Assembly: GCA_038231435.1 (NCBI GenBank)
Contig: JBBRLJ010000004.1
Coordinates: 1-64,000 of the forward strand
From: Planctomycetota bacterium
Lineage (GTDB): Bacteria; Planctomycetota; UBA11346
Direction of reading: 5' to 3'
Length of the DNA: 64,000 nucleotides
Below the pieces are notes generated by a model, which did no database searches, had not been told where the DNA came from, and saw only the letters and a list, made by a program, of their open reading frames with translations. Numbering within the stretch: position 1 is the stretch's first letter; each line of letters opens with the position of its first letter. Shown here one piece after another: positions 18,076 to 28,876 of this stretch. Made by a program: the position numbers and the translations under genes.

Positions 18076-19494
18076 CTACTCGCCGCCGCCTCCCGCGCGC
18101 GGCTCCAGCATGGCGCGCGGATCCAGCAATCGCTCCAGCTGATCGAGCGGCAGCACCCGTTCCTCGATGGCGATCTCGCGCACCGTGCGGTTCTCAGCGG
18201 CGGCGCGCTTGGCGATCATCGCCGCGCGGTCGTAGCCGATAGCCGGCGCCAGAGCGGTGCACATCGCCAGGCTGCGTTCAACCATCTCTGCGCAGCGCTC
18301 GCGATCAGCCTCGAGCCCACGCACGCACTTGTCGGTCAGCGTGGTCGCTGCGTTGGCTAGCAGGTTGATCGATTCGAGCAGATTGCGCGCCATCACCGGC
18401 ATCGCCATGTTCAGGTCGAGGATCGAACCGACGCCGCCGAAGCCGCCGAGGCCGACGGCGACGTCGTTGCCGACCACCTGGATCGCCGCCTGGATCGCCG
18501 CTTCGCAGATCACCGGGTTGACCTTCCCCGGCATGATCGATGAACCCGGCTGCACCGCGGGCAGCACGAGCTCGCCGAATCCGCAGCGCGGCCCGCTGCC
18601 GAGCACACGGATGTCGTTGGCGATGCGCGACAACGACACCGCGATGGTGCGCATCACCCCCGACGCGGCCACCACCGTGTCGCGCGCGCCCTGGGCCTCG
18701 AAATGGTCGCGAGCCTCGTGGAACGGGATGCCGGTCGCCTGCGACAAGCGCTGGCAGACGCGCTTCGCGAACTCGGGGTGGGCGTTCAGCCCGGTGCCCA
18801 CCGCGGTACCGCCGATCGGCAGCTCGGCGAGAGCCTGCGCTGCGTGCTCGGCGCGCTCCACCGCGCGCACCGCCTGCTCGGCGTAGCCGCCGAACTCCTG
18901 GCCGAGGGTGAGCGGCGTGGCGTCCTGCAGATGGGTGCGGCCGATCTTCACCACGTCCTTCCAGGCCGATGCCTTCGCCGCCAGCGCCTCGGCGAGCGCC
19001 GAGAACGCGGGCATCAACCGCTCGCGGATCGCCAGCACCGCCGCGATGTGCATTGCCGACGGGAAGGCGTCATTGGATGATTGCCCGCAATTGACGTGAT
19101 CATTCGGATGCACCGGGCTCCTCTTCCCCAGCGGCGCCCCTGCCAACTGGGCGGCGCGGTTCGCAATCACCTCGTTGACGTTCATGTTGGTGCTGGTGCC
19201 GCTGCCGGTCTGGAAGGTGTCGACGGGGAAGTGACCGTCGAGCTCGCCCGACGCCACTTCGCCGGCCGCCGAGACGATCAGCTGCGCGACCTCGGGCGTG
19301 AGCAGCCCGAGCGACTGGTTGGCCGCCGCCGCCGCGACTTTGAGCAGGGCGAGCGCGTGGATCACTCCGAGCGGCACCGGTGCGCCGCTGATGGCGAAGT
19401 TCGCGACCGCGCGCTGGGTGCTCGCGCCCCACAGGCGGTCAGGTGCGATCTCGACCGGTCCCAATGCATCGGATTCACCGCGTGTCTCGGGCAT
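18076..19494 (-). CDS. fumC: Class II fumarate hydratase
   Basis: FQTGSGTSTNMN, HPNDHVN.GQSSND, KIGRTHLQDA, GSSIMPGKVNP signature. Confidence 0.95.
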   Translation of the reverse strand: MPETRGESDALGPVEIAPDRLWGASTQRAVANFAISGAPVPLGVIHALALLKVAAAAANQSLGLLTPEVAQLIVSAAGEVASGELDGHFPVDTFQTGSGTSTNMNVNEVIANRAAQLAGAPLGKRSPVHPNDHVNCGQSSNDAFPSAMHIAAVLAIRERLMPAFSALAEALAAKASAWKDVVKIGRTHLQDATPLTLGQEFGGYAEQAVRAVERAEHAAQALAELPIGGTAVGTGLNAHPEFAKRVCQRLSQATGIPFHEARDHFEAQGARDTVVAASGVMRTIAVSLSRIANDIRVLGSGPRCGFGELVLPAVQPGSSIMPGKVNPVICEAAIQAAIQVVGNDVAVGLGGFGGVGSILDLNMAMPVMARNLLESINLLANAATTLTDKCVRGLEADRERCAEMVERSLAMCTALAPAIGYDRAAMIAKRAAAENRTVREIAIEERVLPLDQLERLLDPRAMLEPRAGGGGE

Positions 19495-19691
19495 GGCTCG
19501 GCTCCCTACCGTCACATTAGGCGGTGCTGGGGCCGAGGGCAAAGCTTTGCGCGCGGCTGAACGACGCGGGCTTCCACCGATGCATCCACGCGATGCATCC
19601 AGCTGTCGGATGCCGCAGACGGTTGCCGGCGGACGGCCTTGCATAGGGCCCCGATTCCATCACCCTCGTCGTCCCGCCCGAAGGACACCCC

Positions 19692-22600
19692 ATGCTCGCA
19701 CATCACGGCTACACCCGCAATCGCATCCAGCAGTTCGCCGATCGCCTGTGGGCACAGGTGTACGCGCATACCCGGCCGGTGACCGGCATCCAGGTGAGCG
19801 AGGCGGTTGCGCGCATCACCGTCGCCGAGGCGCAGAAGCTTGCGTACAAGCCGTGCGCCATCGGCGCGCCCTTCGGGCCGTTGTGGTCGACGTTCTGGTT
19901 CAAGGTCGAGGCCGCGGTGCCGAAGGAGTGGGCCGGCCGGCGCGTCGACCTGATGTGGAATTCGCGCAGCGAGGCCACGCTGTGGGTCGACGGTCGGACC
20001 ATGCAGGGCCTGAATTTCGAGGGCGGCACCTGGTACGGCGGCACCCGCCCCGACGCGGTGCTGCTCAAGAAGGCCCAGGGCGGCGAGACCCTGCGCTTCC
20101 AGGTCGAGATGGCGTGCAACAAGATGTTCGGCGGCAGCTCGTCGGACAGCTACAAGACCGTCAGCCCGTTCGTGCTCGAGCAGTGCGAACTCGCGCTCTT
20201 CGACCAAGAGGCCTGGGACCTGTTCTTCGACTTCCACGTGCTGGCGGATCTCGAGGGCGAGCAGACCAAGGATCTCGACAAGACCTGGGGCGGCGAGCTG
20301 CTCTACGAGCTCAACCGCGTGACCAACGTCCTGGTCCCTGAGGACCGCGCGACCTGGGCGGCCGGCAAGGCCATCCTCAAGACGCTCTACACCCGCAGGA
20401 ACGGCACCATGGTGCACGAGCTGTCGGCGATCGGGCACGCGCACATCGATACCGCATGGCTGTGGCCGATCGGCGAGACCTGGCGCAAATGCATGCGCAC
20501 GTTCAGCTCGCAGGTCGCGTACATGGACGAGTACCCGGACTACAAGTTCTCGTGCTCGCAGGCGGTGCAGTTCGAGGTGATGAAGGAGAAGAACCCCGAC
20601 CTCTACCAGCGCATCGTGGCCAAGGTGAAGACCGGGCAGTTCGTGCCGGTCGGCGGCTCCTGGGTCGAGCCCGACTGCAATATCCCCTCCGGCGAGTCCC
20701 TGGCGCGCCAGTTCCTCTTCGGCCAGCGCTTCTTCAAGAAGGAGTTCGGAACGATCTGCAAGGAATTCTGGAACCCGGACGTCTTCGGCTACAACGGCCA
20801 GCTACCGCAGCTGATGAAGCTTTCGGGCATCACCCGCTTCCTCACCCAGAAGCTGTCCTGGAACTACTTCACCAAGCCGCTGCACCACACCTTCATGTGG
20901 CAGGGCATCGACGGCAGCGAGGTGCTCGCGCACTTCCCCCCCGCCGACACCTACAACGCCAACGCCAGCGTCGGCCAGATGCGCGAGAATGCGCGCAACT
21001 ACAAGGACCACGAGCGCTCGCGCCACTCGCTGATGCTCTTCGGCTTCGGCGACGGCGGCGGCGGGCCGGTGAAACGCATGATGGAGATGCTGCGCCGCGC
21101 CAAGGACCTGCAGGGCCTGCCGCGCACCGCGATGCGCTCATCCGACGAGTTCTTCACCCTGCTCGAGAAGGACTGCGTCGACCGGCCGGTGGTTGTCGGC
21201 GAGCTGTACTTCGAGCTGCACCGCGGCACCTACACCAGCCAAGGGGCGGTGAAGCGCGGCAACCGCAAGGGTGAATTCCTGCTCCACGACGTCGAGTTCC
21301 TCGCCGCGATCGCGGCGCGCGCAGGCGCCGCCGCCTATCCGCAGGCCGAGCTCGAACGCCTGTGGAAGCTGCTGCTCACCAACCAATTCCACGACATCCT
21401 GCCCGGCTCCTCGATCACCCTGGTGTACGAGGACACCGCGCGCGAGCACGCCGACATCGCCACCTCGGCGGCCAAGCTGCGCGAGAGCGCCATCACTGCG
21501 GCCATCGCGCACGTCGGGGCCTTGCCCGCCAACGGAGCCGTATGGGCGCCGCTGAACACCACCGCCTTCGCACGCAAGGAAGTGGCGACCAGACCCGACG
21601 GCACCCTCGCCTTCGTCGAGGTGCCCAGCTATGGAATCGGCAAGGTCGCCAAGGCCGAGGACCACGTCATCCTGGTCAAGCTCGACGGCGGCAAGCTGCG
21701 GCTCGAGAACCTGCACCTGCGCGCCGAGCTGGCGGCGGACGGATCGCTGCTCAGCCTGGTAGAGAAGAGCACCGGCCGCGAGTCGCTCAGCCGCCCCGGC
21801 AACGTGCTCGAGATGTACGAGGACCGGCCCACCAACTGGGATGCGTGGGACGTGGATCCGTTCCATCTCGAGACCGGCAAGCCCTGCGCGCCGGCGACCT
21901 CGTGCGCGGTCAAGGAGGAGACCACCGCCATTGGCTCCGCGCACGGGCGCGACGGCAACCTGCGCGTCAGCGTCACCTATCAGCGCAAGCTCGGCGTGGC
22001 CAGCTCGCTCACCCAGGTGGTCAGCCTCTCGGCCCACGCGCGCCGGCTCGAATTCGCCACCGAGGTCGACTGGCACGAGGACCAGAAGTTCCTCAAGGTC
22101 GCCTTCCCGGTGAACGTGCGCGCCATGAACGCCACCTACGAGATGCAGTTCGGCTGTGTCGAGCGTCCGACGCACTTCAACACCCTGCTCGACCTGGCCA
22201 AGTACGAGGTGCCTGGCCACAAGTGGGTGGATCTCTCTGAGCACGGTTTCGGCGTCGCGCTGCTCACCGACTGCAAGTACGGCTTCAGCACCTTCGGCGA
22301 CACCATGCGCATCAGCCTGCTGCGCGCGACCAGCAACCCCGATCCCAAGGCCGACCGCGGCAAGCACGTCTTCGCCTACGCGGTGATGCCGCACGCCGGC
22401 GGCTGGCGCGAGGCCGGCGTGGTGGGCGAGGGCTTCCGCTTCAACGCACCGGTGGTCTGGGGCAAGGACGGCAAGGACCAGCACTGGCAGTCGTTCGCCA
22501 GCGTCGAGGACCACCCCGCCGAGGCCCGCAACCTGGTGCTCGACACGATCAAGAAGGCCGAGGACTCGGCCGCCCTGCTGGTGCGCCTGTACGAGGCCCA

Positions 22601-22760
22601 CGGCGCCCGCGGCACCGCCCGCCTGAAGCTCGGGGTCCCCTTCAAGACCGCACGTTTCTGCGACATCCTCGAGCAGCCAGGGCAGCCCGCGGTGATCCGC
22701 GATGGTGCCATCGAGATCCCCTACGCGCCGTTCCAGGTGATCTCGCTGCTCGTCGACTGA
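19692..22760 (+). CDS. Alpha-mannosidase, GH38
   Basis: GHAHIDTAWLWP, WNPDVFGY, GFGDGGGGP, GELYFELHRGTYT, QFHDILPGS. Confidence 0.95.
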   Translation: MLAHHGYTRNRIQQFADRLWAQVYAHTRPVTGIQVSEAVARITVAEAQKLAYKPCAIGAPFGPLWSTFWFKVEAAVPKEWAGRRVDLMWNSRSEATLWVDGRTMQGLNFEGGTWYGGTRPDAVLLKKAQGGETLRFQVEMACNKMFGGSSSDSYKTVSPFVLEQCELALFDQEAWDLFFDFHVLADLEGEQTKDLDKTWGGELLYELNRVTNVLVPEDRATWAAGKAILKTLYTRRNGTMVHELSAIGHAHIDTAWLWPIGETWRKCMRTFSSQVAYMDEYPDYKFSCSQAVQFEVMKEKNPDLYQRIVAKVKTGQFVPVGGSWVEPDCNIPSGESLARQFLFGQRFFKKEFGTICKEFWNPDVFGYNGQLPQLMKLSGITRFLTQKLSWNYFTKPLHHTFMWQGIDGSEVLAHFPPADTYNANASVGQMRENARNYKDHERSRHSLMLFGFGDGGGGPVKRMMEMLRRAKDLQGLPRTAMRSSDEFFTLLEKDCVDRPVVVGELYFELHRGTYTSQGAVKRGNRKGEFLLHDVEFLAAIAARAGAAAYPQAELERLWKLLLTNQFHDILPGSSITLVYEDTAREHADIATSAAKLRESAITAAIAHVGALPANGAVWAPLNTTAFARKEVATRPDGTLAFVEVPSYGIGKVAKAEDHVILVKLDGGKLRLENLHLRAELAADGSLLSLVEKSTGRESLSRPGNVLEMYEDRPTNWDAWDVDPFHLETGKPCAPATSCAVKEETTAIGSAHGRDGNLRVSVTYQRKLGVASSLTQVVSLSAHARRLEFATEVDWHEDQKFLKVAFPVNVRAMNATYEMQFGCVERPTHFNTLLDLAKYEVPGHKWVDLSEHGFGVALLTDCKYGFSTFGDTMRISLLRATSNPDPKADRGKHVFAYAVMPHAGGWREAGVVGEGFRFNAPVVWGKDGKDQHWQSFASVEDHPAEARNLVLDTIKKAEDSAALLVRLYEAHGARGTARLKLGVPFKTARFCDILEQPGQPAVIRDGAIEIPYAPFQVISLLVD

Positions 22761-22958
22761 GCGCCCGACGGGGAGCGGAAACCCGCTTCCGGATCACGCC
22801 GCCGCCCTAGCCTCGGGACTGGGCCGCCAGTGGCGGCGTGGCCCGGCACACGTCCTGGGCCGGACGCGCCAAAACCCTGGCACCAGGCGCTTTCGACCCT
22901 ATTTTTCCGGGCTCTCTCGACCCCGCTGAACTGTCGACGACCTTCTGGATGGGACCCC

Positions 22959-25900
22959 ATGCCGCTGCTCGATTCCGTCACCACCATCGTGAAGCGCGTC
23001 CTCGGAACCACCAACGAGGCGATGATCCGTCGCCTGTGGCCGGTGGTGGACCAGGTGCGCAAGCTCGAGCCCACGCTGCAGGCCGAGGACGACGTCGCCC
23101 TGCGCGCCCGCAGCGCCAGGCTGCGTGAACGGGTGGTCACGGGCGCCGAGCCGCTCGAGGCGGTGATGGTCGAGGCCATGGCGTTGGCGCGCGAGGTCGC
23201 CGACCGCCGCCTGGGCATGTGGAACGCCCTCGATCCGAAGCGCGGCTTCCCCGAGGACGCATGGGGCGACGCCAAGGCCGCCGTGGCCGAGACCCGCGCC
23301 AAGCTCGCCGCCTCGGCCGTGGCTGCCGCATCCACCGACAAGCCGGCCGAAGGCGCGCCGAAGCCACCCGACAGCTGGGAGCTCGATCTGCCGGCGTCGT
23401 ACTACGCCCAGGTGCGCAAGCTCTACCCGGAATCCCTGCCCCCCTTCCGCATGCGCGCCCACGACGTCCAGGTGCTGGGCGCGATCGTGCTGCACAACGG
23501 CAAGATCTCAGAGATGCGCACCGGCGAGGGCAAGACGCTGGTCGCCTCACTCACCTGCTACCTCAATGCGCTCGCCGGCAAGGGCGTGCACGTGGTCACC
23601 GTCAACGACTACCTGGCCTCGCGCGACGCGGCGTGGAATTCGCCGACCCTGCGCTTCCTCGGCATCAGCGTCGGCGCGATCCAGGCGCAGATGCCACCGT
23701 GGATCCGCAAGGCGATCTACGCCATGGATGTGGTCTACGGCACCAACAACGAATTCGGCTTCGACTACCTGCGCGACAATCTCGCCAATTCCCTCGACGA
23801 GCAGGTGCAGACGCGACGTGCCTTCGCGGTGATCGACGAGGTCGACTCGGTGCTGATCGACGAGGCGCGCACGCCGCTGATCATCTCCGGCCCGACCACC
23901 GCGAAGAAGGAGTTCTACCAGAAGGCCGACGAGGTCGCGCGCACCTTGCTCAAGGGCACAGCTGAAGCGCCCAAGCACTACGAGGTCGACATCAAGGATC
24001 GCCACGTGACCTTGAGCGAGGAGGGCATGGACAAGGCCGCGGAGCTGTTCGGCGTGCCGAACCTCTACGACGCAGAGACCATGCATCTGCCGCATTTCCT
24101 CGAGAACGCGCTCAAGGCCAAGGAGCTGTACCTGCGCGACAAGGAGTACCTGGTCGTCAACGGCAACGTCAAGATCGTCGACGAGCACACCGGCCGCACC
24201 ATGGAAGGACGCCGCTGGTCGGACGGCCTGCACCAGGCGATCGAAGCCAAGGAAGGCGTGGTCATCCAGGAGGAGAACCAGACCGTCGGCACCATCACCC
24301 TGCAGAACTTCTTCCGCCTCTACGACAAACTCGCCGGCATGACCGGCACCGCGATGACCGAGGCCAGCGAGTTCAACGCCATCTACAAGCTCGACGTGGT
24401 CGCGATCCCGCCCAACCGCAAGGTCCAGCGCAACGATCTGTCCGACCTCATCTATGGCTCAGAGAAGGAGAAGTTCGAGGCCATCGCGCGCGAGATCGAG
24501 GATCTCCACGCCATCGGCCAGCCGGTGCTGGTCGGCACCATCTCGGTCGAGGTCTCGGAGCGCCTGTCCGAGCTCTTCAAGCAGAAGGGCATCCCGCACA
24601 ACGTGCTGAATGCCAGGCAGCATCAACGCGAAGCCGAGATCGTCGCCGGCGCCGGCCAATTCGGCGCGGTAACCATCTCGACCAACATGGCCGGACGCGG
24701 CACCGACATCGTGCTCGGCAAGACCACCGCCGATGCCGCCTTCAAGCACTGGCAGGCCCACGACCTGGTGCCGAAGCGTCTGAAGCCGGACAGCCCGGAG
24801 CTCGACGAGGCCACCGTCGACCTGTGGACCAAGCACTTCCTCGGCGAGGAGGACGCAGCCAAGCTCGATGCCAAGGCCAAGGGCAAGCCGCTGAACGCCG
24901 AGGCGAAGCTCAAGGCGATCAACGACCGTCGCCGGGCGAACGGCTACCACCCGCTGCCCATGCCCTCGGTGTTCATCAGCGGCGTCGACGTGCGTCAACT
25001 CGGCGGCCTGCGCATCGTCGGCACCGAACGCCACGACAGCCGGCGCATCGACAACCAGCTGCGCGGCCGTTCCGGCCGCCAGGGCGATCCGGGCTCGTCG
25101 CGCTTCTACCTATCGCTCGACGACGACCTGATGAAGCGCTTCGCAGGACCGATGATGGCCGGGCTGATGCGCCGCATGGGCCTGAAGGACGGTGTGCCGA
25201 TCGAATCGCCGATGGTCTCGCGCGCGGTCGAGAAAGCGCAGAAGCGGGTCGAGGAGTACTATTTCGGCATCCGCAAGAACACCCTCGAATACGACCAGGT
25301 GATGAACAGCCAGCGCACGCTGATCTATCGCCAGCGCCAGCAGATCATCGAGGGCAAGGATCTCGAGAAGTCGCTGCTGTCGCTCTACAAGGACGCGGTC
25401 GATGACCTCATCCAGAAGTGCGCCGCCGACGGCATCCGTGGCCCGCAGCTGTCGCAGGCCATCGCCGATGCGTTCACCAAGGAGATCGGGCTGCCGTCTC
25501 CGCCGGCCGAGTCGCTGCCGGTAAAGGAAGGCGGCGACGCCGTCCTCGACGTGCTCTACAAGGTGGTCACCGACGCGATCGCCGCGCGCAAGAAGGAGTT
25601 CGGCGACGACATCTACGAGGCGGTGATGCGCCTGCTGCTCCTGAACACCATCGACAAGCGCTGGAAGGACCATCTCTACGCGATGGAGCACCTGCGCCAC
25701 GCCATCGGTCTCGAGGGCTACGCGCAGAAGGATCCGCGCCTGCGCTACAAGGAAGAGGGCTACAAGCGCTTCATGATGATGAACGAACTCGTGCGCGGCG
25801 ACGTCGCGCGGATGTTCTTCCGCATGCAGGTGCAGGTGAATGCCCCCACCTCCGACCAGCGCGGCCCAGAGGCCGACCTCGGCGCCGGCGGCTTCGTGCC

Positions 25901-26078
25901 CAAGGCGCCACCCAAGCCGCCCACCGGGCGCACCCAGAAGGCCGCGGCTTCGGCCGCCATGGCGGGCGAAGGCCTGCCCCCGCTCCCGGCCCCGGACGGA
26001 GCACGTACGCGCCCCGCGCCGAACGATCCGTGCCCCTGCGGCTCGGGCACCGCGTTCAAGCAGTGCCACGGCAAGTGA
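22959..26078 (+). CDS. secA: Preprotein translocase subunit SecA
   Basis: MRTGEGKT, DEVDS, TNMAGRGTDI, RRIDNQLRGRSGRQGDPG, C-terminal SEC-C motif (NDPCPCGSG..FKQCHG). Confidence 0.98.
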   Translation: MPLLDSVTTIVKRVLGTTNEAMIRRLWPVVDQVRKLEPTLQAEDDVALRARSARLRERVVTGAEPLEAVMVEAMALAREVADRRLGMWNALDPKRGFPEDAWGDAKAAVAETRAKLAASAVAAASTDKPAEGAPKPPDSWELDLPASYYAQVRKLYPESLPPFRMRAHDVQVLGAIVLHNGKISEMRTGEGKTLVASLTCYLNALAGKGVHVVTVNDYLASRDAAWNSPTLRFLGISVGAIQAQMPPWIRKAIYAMDVVYGTNNEFGFDYLRDNLANSLDEQVQTRRAFAVIDEVDSVLIDEARTPLIISGPTTAKKEFYQKADEVARTLLKGTAEAPKHYEVDIKDRHVTLSEEGMDKAAELFGVPNLYDAETMHLPHFLENALKAKELYLRDKEYLVVNGNVKIVDEHTGRTMEGRRWSDGLHQAIEAKEGVVIQEENQTVGTITLQNFFRLYDKLAGMTGTAMTEASEFNAIYKLDVVAIPPNRKVQRNDLSDLIYGSEKEKFEAIAREIEDLHAIGQPVLVGTISVEVSERLSELFKQKGIPHNVLNARQHQREAEIVAGAGQFGAVTISTNMAGRGTDIVLGKTTADAAFKHWQAHDLVPKRLKPDSPELDEATVDLWTKHFLGEEDAAKLDAKAKGKPLNAEAKLKAINDRRRANGYHPLPMPSVFISGVDVRQLGGLRIVGTERHDSRRIDNQLRGRSGRQGDPGSSRFYLSLDDDLMKRFAGPMMAGLMRRMGLKDGVPIESPMVSRAVEKAQKRVEEYYFGIRKNTLEYDQVMNSQRTLIYRQRQQIIEGKDLEKSLLSLYKDAVDDLIQKCAADGIRGPQLSQAIADAFTKEIGLPSPPAESLPVKEGGDAVLDVLYKVVTDAIAARKKEFGDDIYEAVMRLLLLNTIDKRWKDHLYAMEHLRHAIGLEGYAQKDPRLRYKEEGYKRFMMMNELVRGDVARMFFRMQVQVNAPTSDQRGPEADLGAGGFVPKAPPKPPTGRTQKAAASAAMAGEGLPPLPAPDGARTRPAPNDPCPCGSGTAFKQCHGK

Positions 26079-26091
26079 TCCGGTAGTCCGC

Positions 26092-27003
26092 GTGGCGGCC
26101 GGCGGAGATGCGACCGATCCGGCTGCGGTGGTCGGGTACGATGTGGCCGAGCGTTTGGCCCACCTGGGCCTGGGCACGGTGGAGCGCGCCGATCCGCTCG
26201 AAGGCGGGATCATCTCGCGCACGTTCCGCCTGCGCACGTCCTGCGGCGACAGCGTGGTGCTCAAGACGCGCCAGGACGCGCCCGAACTGATGTACCGATC
26301 CGAGGCCATGGGCCTCGACGCCCTGCGCATTCCAACGGGGATCGCGGTGCCGCTCGTCCTGTTCGTGCGCCGGGATTGCCTGGTGCTCGAGGATCTCGGA
26401 GAGCAGCCTGACTGCGACAGCATGCCCCGCGGCGTAGGCGACGCCTATTGGGAGACCTTCGGCCGCGGCATGGCGCATCTGCATGGCCGGCTGGTGAGCC
26501 GGTTCGGTTTCGCCCACGACACCCATTGGGGCATGCAGCGCATGGACAACCGCTGGCAGGAAGACGGCTACCGCTTCTATGCCGAGCAGCGCTACCTCTG
26601 GCAGCTCAGGCAGCCCGGCTGCGCGCGCCACCTGGACAGTGGTGATCGCCGCATGGTCGAGCGCATCGCCGCGCGCCTGCGCGTGATCGTCCCGCCCCAG
26701 CCGCCGTGCTTGAACCACGGCGACCTGTGGGCCGGCAACCGCGCGGTCACCCGCGACCTGCGCCCCGCGATGATCGACCCGTTCGTCCACTACGGCTGGG
26801 CCGAGGCCGACCTGCACAACTGCCGGATCTACGGTGGCTTCCCGCCGCGCTTCTTCGACGCCTACCTGGAATCGCACCCGCTCGAACCCGGCTGGCGCGA
26901 ACGATCCGAGGTCTTCGACATCCTGCACCTGATGGGCATGGTCGAGCACGGCTGGCTGGACGTCATGCCGTGGCTGAGACGGCTTCTTCTCCGATTTTCC
27001 TGA
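26092..27003 (+). CDS. Fructosamine kinase family protein
   Basis: GGII, E..GLDAL, LVLEDL, FGF..DT, HGDLWAGN, MIDP..YGWAEADL. Start approximate. Confidence 0.88.
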   Translation: MAAGGDATDPAAVVGYDVAERLAHLGLGTVERADPLEGGIISRTFRLRTSCGDSVVLKTRQDAPELMYRSEAMGLDALRIPTGIAVPLVLFVRRDCLVLEDLGEQPDCDSMPRGVGDAYWETFGRGMAHLHGRLVSRFGFAHDTHWGMQRMDNRWQEDGYRFYAEQRYLWQLRQPGCARHLDSGDRRMVERIAARLRVIVPPQPPCLNHGDLWAGNRAVTRDLRPAMIDPFVHYGWAEADLHNCRIYGGFPPRFFDAYLESHPLEPGWRERSEVFDILHLMGMVEHGWLDVMPWLRRLLLRFS

Positions 27004-27022
27004 ATCCGGTCATGCACGGTCG

Positions 27023-27163
27023 GGATCGAACTGCCACGACACCACGGCGCCGCGGAGTTGAGGAAAAGACGCTGAGGTAGATTCACCGCCCCCCTCCAGC
27101 CGACTGCGACCTGACGGCAGGCAAGATGTCGTCTCTTTCCGTGGCGTAGTGGCGGTTCGATCC
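27023..27163. repeat. 141-bp element bounded by 25-bp imperfect inverted repeats
   Basis: 27023-27047 GGATCGAACTGCCACGACACCACGG matches the reverse complement of 27139-27163 at 22 of 25 positions. Confidence 0.7.
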
Positions 27164-27216
27164 AGTCTGGTGTATTTCGCCGCTGGCCCGGCCTCGTCTG
27201 CGGGTATCCTGTCGGC

Positions 27217-28773
27217 ATGCCCGAGATCGATCCGACGGTGTGGCTGGGCGCGGGAGTCGCGGTCGGGGCGTTCGTGGCGTGGATGATCGCACGCTCGCGC
27301 ATAGCGGATGCATATCGCCACGGGCGAGCAGACACCGACGCCGAGCGCGCCACGCTCGCCGAGCGGCTCGCTGGTGCGGAACGCAACCTGGCCGATGCCA
27401 AGGCCGCGCTGGTCGCCGCGGACACCGCGGCGGCGGGCCTGCGCGCAGGGCTCGCGCGCGAGGCCGAGGCGCGCGCCGCCGCATCCGCAGACGCGGCGCG
27501 CGTGCCCGAACTCGAGAGCCGCCTGCGCACGCTCGGCGACAACAATTCCGCCCAGGTCGCCAAGCTCGCCGAGATGGCGGCGCGGCTCGAGGACGAGCGC
27601 AAGGCCTCGACCGAGAAGCTGGCCCTGCTCGACCAGGCGCAGCGCCAGCTCGGTGACGCGTTCAAGGCGCTCTCGGCGCAATCGCTGCGCGACAATAACC
27701 AGTCATTCCTCGAACTCGCCAAGGCCACGCTCGAGAAGTTCCAGGAAGGCGCGAAAGGCGAGCTCGAGAGCCGACAGCAGGCGATCGACGCGCTGGTCAA
27801 GCCGCTCAAGGAATCGCTCGAGAAGGTTGGCGGCACCATCCAGGAGCTGGAGAAGAGTCGGGTCGGCGCCTACGCCTCGCTCGGTGAGCAGGTCAAGGCC
27901 CTGGCGGCGGGGCAGACCCAGCTGCAGGGCGAGACCTCGAACCTGGTGCGCGCGCTGCGCGCCCCGCAGGTGCGCGGGCGTTGGGGCGAGATCCAGCTCA
28001 AGCGCGTCGTCGAGCTCGCCGGCATGCTCGAATACTGCGATTTCGCCCAGCAAGAGACCCTCGCCGCTGGAGACGATGGCCGGCTGCGCCCCGACCTGGT
28101 GGTGCGGCTGCCCAACGATAAGCGCCTGGTGGTCGATGCGAAGGCCCCGCTGCAGGGCTACCTCGACGCCCTCGATGCCACCGACGACAAGACCCGGCTC
28201 GCGCACATGCAGACGCACGCGCGCCAGATCCGCACCCATCTCATGCAGCTCGGCGAGAAGTCATACTGGGAGAAGCTCAAGAAGGCCGGTACCACGCCGG
28301 AGTTCGTAGTGCTGTTCCTGCCCGGCGAGATCTTCTTCAGCGCCGCGCTCGAGCACGATCCCTCGCTGATCGAGTACGGAGTCGGCAACAACGTCATCCT
28401 CGCCACGCCCACCACCCTGATCGCGCTCTTGAAGGCGGTCGCGTATGGCTGGCGGCAGGAACGCCTGGCCGAGAACGCCCAGCAGATCGCCACGCTCGGC
28501 AAGGCGCTGTACAACCGCATGCGCATCCTCGCCGAGCACGTGTCGAAGATCGGCGAGGGCCTCGACGCGACGGTGCGCACCTACAACAAGGCGGTGGGCT
28601 CGCTCGAGAGCGGCGTGCTGCCCTCGGCGCGGCGCTTCAAGGAGCTGGGCGCCGGCACCGATGAGGACATCGCCGTGCCCGCGCCCATCGACCAGTCGCC
28701 GCGCGCGATCCAGATCGATGAATTGTCGCACATCGAGCCGCCCGCCGCCAAGAAGCTGACATCCGAAGGCTGA
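27217..28773 (+). CDS. rmuC: DNA recombination protein RmuC
   Basis: N-terminal TM helix, long coiled coil, [33 protein letters not shown]. Confidence 0.95.
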   Translation: MPEIDPTVWLGAGVAVGAFVAWMIARSRIADAYRHGRADTDAERATLAERLAGAERNLADAKAALVAADTAAAGLRAGLAREAEARAAASADAARVPELESRLRTLGDNNSAQVAKLAEMAARLEDERKASTEKLALLDQAQRQLGDAFKALSAQSLRDNNQSFLELAKATLEKFQEGAKGELESRQQAIDALVKPLKESLEKVGGTIQELEKSRVGAYASLGEQVKALAAGQTQLQGETSNLVRALRAPQVRGRWGEIQLKRVVELAGMLEYCDFAQQETLAAGDDGRLRPDLVVRLPNDKRLVVDAKAPLQGYLDALDATDDKTRLAHMQTHARQIRTHLMQLGEKSYWEKLKKAGTTPEFVVLFLPGEIFFSAALEHDPSLIEYGVGNNVILATPTTLIALLKAVAYGWRQERLAENAQQIATLGKALYNRMRILAEHVSKIGEGLDATVRTYNKAVGSLESGVLPSARRFKELGAGTDEDIAVPAPIDQSPRAIQIDELSHIEPPAAKKLTSEG

Positions 28774-28775
28774 TC

Positions 28776-28804
28776 TCGGATGACATCGGATGACATCGGA
28801 TGAC
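28776..28804. repeat. 10-mer tandem repeat (TCGGATGACA, about 3 copies) after the rmuC stop
   Basis: tcggatgacatcggatgacatcggatgac. Confidence 0.7.
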
Positions 28805-28876
28805 GGAGTCGCCAGCGCGGCGATCGGAGCGGCGATTGACGCTGCCTCCGCCCGCCTCCGGCGCTAGCCTTCCGGC

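Noticed and set aside
23220..24990. SecA insertions as possible inteins
   Set aside because: No N-terminal Cys/Ser with C-terminal His-Asn, no LAGLIDADG motifs, and too short.
27139..27175. tRNA-like words GTGGCGTAGTGG and GGTTCGATCC
   Set aside because: The D-like and T-like words are adjacent, with no anticodon arm or acceptor stem. They are better explained as one arm of the inverted repeat.
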